A DNA stretch of 64,000 nt, taken from positions 11,457-75,456 of the forward strand of contig JACOXP010000007.1 in NCBI GenBank assembly GCA_016182295.1. The letters run 5' to 3'. The first letter of the stretch is position 1, and every line of letters starts with the position of its first letter. This document shows, one piece after another, positions 63,011-64,000 of the stretch. A model generated the notes under the pieces. It was not told the DNA's origin, did no database searches, and was given only the letters and a program-made list of their open reading frames with translations. The position numbers were made by a program, and so were the translations under genes. The stretch is from Candidatus Harrisonbacteria bacterium. Its GTDB lineage: Bacteria > Patescibacteriota > Minisyncoccia > UBA6257 > WO2-44-18.

Positions 63011-64000
63011 TTATAGGGATTGACTGGTACTGCCGCAAATAATCTTATTAACCAGGTCCGAAGAGGTGCTTATTTGGATCCAACTGCCGCCTTCAAAATG
63101 CTGGAGTTGAAGCTGGCTTTCGTTGTATCCAACAGCCGTGTCCCATTTTAAGCAGATCGAGGTGGCGCCACTGCGGGTGGCGGTAGTTGTTATATTCCAA
63201 CCCTCTTCTTTTGCTCCCTGCCTTGTCCTGAAGGTTGCTCCGGTAGAGGTCTGGCCCAAATAGGAATAACCCACATTGCCCGCTCCGGTCACGGAAGAAA
63301 ACACCAGTTTGAAACTTATATCGCCTAAAACGGGATAAACTTCTATATTGGAACCGGTCTGAACGTGAGTATGATCGGATATTACCACTCTTGCCCGGCC
63401 GCGCTCATCAGCGCCTACCTTTGCTCCAGGAGCGCCGAAAATAAAATCGGGCCTCCCATCTTTGTTAATATCTATACCTCTTCCATCGGCATCAGCGCCG
63501 CCACTTTCCCCGGCGCCCGCGGCTATCTGATCCCAGAAAAGCTGGAGCTTGCTATTAACGACGTTCGCTCTTCCTTGGCCATTCTCCATTACTGAAAGCG
63601 AAGCGATATCATTGTAGCCATCGTTATTAATATCGCCTAAAACAGTAATGCTGTTCCCGAATAGTTGATATCTGCTTGTGCCGCTGTATTGGGTTAAAAG
63701 GGTGTTAGTCGCTCCGGAAAAAACTCTAATTGATCCGGCTCTCGGTTGCCCAGCGACGGTCTCCCTGGAAGACGCCGCGAAGTCAACGGTGCTGTCGTTA
63801 TTAACATCATCAACAAATCCAACCGAGACGCCAAAAGCGCCAAATCTTTCCGGCGTAGTCGTGTCCTGGGTGTAAATTGTCGAAAAATCGCTTCCAGAAA
63901 GAACAATTACCCTGCCTTGAGCAAATTGAATATTGGTGTAGAAAGAGTCGCCTATAACAAAATCCTCCACCGTATCACCGTTGATATCAAAACCGGTGCT
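63011..64000 (-). CDS. FG-GAP repeat (integrin-alpha-like beta-propeller) protein; the 5-prime end runs off the window end
   Basis: FGVSVGFVDDVNNDSTVDFAA, QLFGNSITVLGDINNDGYNDIA and DINKDGRPDFIFGAP are FG-GAP Ca-binding repeats. The ORF continues beyond 63970 with no stop. Confidence 0.7.
   Translation of the reverse strand, partial: STGFDINGDTVEDFVIGDSFYTNIQFAQGRVIVLSGSDFSTIYTQDTTTPERFGAFGVSVGFVDDVNNDSTVDFAASSRETVAGQPRAGSIRVFSGATNTLLTQYSGTSRYQLFGNSITVLGDINNDGYNDIASLSVMENGQGRANVVNSKLQLFWDQIAAGAGESGGADADGRGIDINKDGRPDFIFGAPGAKVGADERGRARVVISDHTHVQTGSNIEVYPVLGDISFKLVFSSVTGAGNVGYSYLGQTSTGATFRTRQGAKEEGWNITTTATRSGATSICLKWDTAVGYNESQLQLQHFEGGSWIQISTSSDLVNKIICGSTSQSL

Noticed and set aside
1-64000. 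CRISPR arrays, rRNA genes, transposases/integrases
   Set aside because: No regularly spaced short repeats, no rRNA-like conserved stretches, and no DDE, tyrosine or serine recombinase motifs were found on reading both strands.

Overview
The window looks like a roughly 45% GC chromosomal segment from a small-genome, CPR/Patescibacteria-like bacterium. That is an inference from gene content: GatC/GatA, NAD-dependent LigA, Obg, TypA, MurD, a type IV pilus/ComF competence block, very many small membrane proteins, and cohesin-domain surface proteins. Housekeeping genes on both strands are broken up by accessory stretches. An AT-rich island with nuclease-like genes lies between obg and a tRNA-Ser. 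There are eleven tRNA genes; two tRNA-Ser genes are each followed by a GC-rich insert that ends in a direct repeat of the tRNA 3-prime end. Two LAGLIDADG-type endonuclease genes sit directly against tRNA genes. There are two toxin-antitoxin pairs (RelE-like and Phd/Doc) that share an upstream motif, and a 1.8 kb segment bracketed by 45-nt direct repeats that contains a high-GC coding-like fragment. The most striking region is a roughly 10 kb minus-strand operon (53991 to window end). It encodes an FG-GAP protein, a 1099-aa BNR/Asp-box beta-propeller protein, a protein with dockerin-type repeats, and three tandem cohesin-domain membrane-anchored paralogs. This looks like a self-contained cohesin-dockerin cell-surface assembly system of unknown function. 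A second oddity is a ClpB-D2-like AAA+ protein whose Walker A, Walker B, sensor-1 and sensor-2 residues are all substituted and which is split by a long coiled-coil insert, next to a 655-aa protein with degenerate metallophosphoesterase motifs. Several genes that look real are missing from the ORF track (DEAD-box helicase at the window edge, rpmG, small Zn-ribbon proteins), and several track ORFs are antisense artefacts. No rRNA and no CRISPR array were seen. tRNA coordinates are within about 2 nt.
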